From Callorhinchus milii (taxonomy: Eukaryota), in assembly GCF_018977255.1 (NCBI RefSeq), contig NW_024704742.1:27716001-27780000 (forward strand): 64,000 nucleotides of DNA. Direction: 5' to 3'. The notes beneath the pieces are model-generated. The model ran no database searches, was not told the DNA's origin, and saw nothing but the letters and a program-made list of their open reading frames with translations. Numbering within the stretch: position 1 is the stretch's first letter; the number at the start of each line of letters is the position of its first letter. This document shows, piece by piece, positions 63,451 through 64,000 of the stretch. Made by a program: the position numbers and the translations under genes.

Positions 63451-64000
63451 TCGCACAAATCTAGGTAAGTCTGTGTTCGATCGATTAGTATGCTGTTACT
63501 TTTTTCTTGATTCAATATTTCTTAATTTATAGCATCAATCAAGAAAATGTATTTTGTTGGCCAAATATAAAGGTTGGCCACAATTGGATTAACTGGTAGC
63601 TTTGAACAGACATGGATAAAAGTTGTGAGAGATGAACTGTAGCAAATTATTAGAAAATGATGCAGTAGTTGAGCTGTGTGGGGACAGAAGAGAGTTAAAA
63701 GCAAAAGATCAGGATCAGAATAGGGAATCTGTAGAAGATTAAAAAGGAAGTCCAGGTGGAACGAACAACTGTAGAGCTGGATGGGTGTCTGGAAATGACT
63801 TTATCTGTTGGAAGTGTTTGAAGTTAAACTGAGGGGAAGCAATTTAGTGATAGTGTCACCTTAGTAAGTACAACTAAGCTCTGAGAACCATCTGTGTTGG
63901 TTTTGGTCCCTTGCAAGAAATCTGAGTTCTAATGAGCAGAGCACAGTGAAGTAATAATGCTAGGTGTAATGTGATAATTATCTCCATTGATAATTGTTAC

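Overview
Vertebrate genomic DNA, most likely from a cartilaginous fish. The SINE, CR1 and L2 repertoire suggests a chimaera; this is inferred from repeats only. The whole window lies inside a plus-strand Diaphanous-related formin gene. Three consecutive coding exons missed or mis-framed by the ORF track (7719-7834, 40443-40507, 46909-47046) splice in phase to (R)SLYYRLIEECVAQIVLQKHGADPDFNCRKFPVNVHHLL-DNMIDSGRVEVSEESTVELEKM-FEAEVTARQELQAAVKKKEADFIKKKDALDIENMLLQKEMFKLQDK, which is the FH3/dimerisation to coiled-coil region. The peptide is DIAPH1-like but unusually divergent and partly DIAPH2/3-like, so it could be a fourth DIAPH paralogue. The rest is intron, packed with tRNA-derived SINEs of at least three structural variants, CR1, L2 and decayed L1 LINE fragments, and hAT, Tc1/mariner and pogo-type MITEs. 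One 2.4-kb L2 has a 48-bp target-site duplication, and there are several long or perfect palindromes. No prokaryotic features, CRISPR arrays, rRNA or genuine tRNA genes were found. All family assignments are by eye and from recalled consensus sequences, not database searches; repeat boundaries are approximate unless TIRs or TSDs are quoted.
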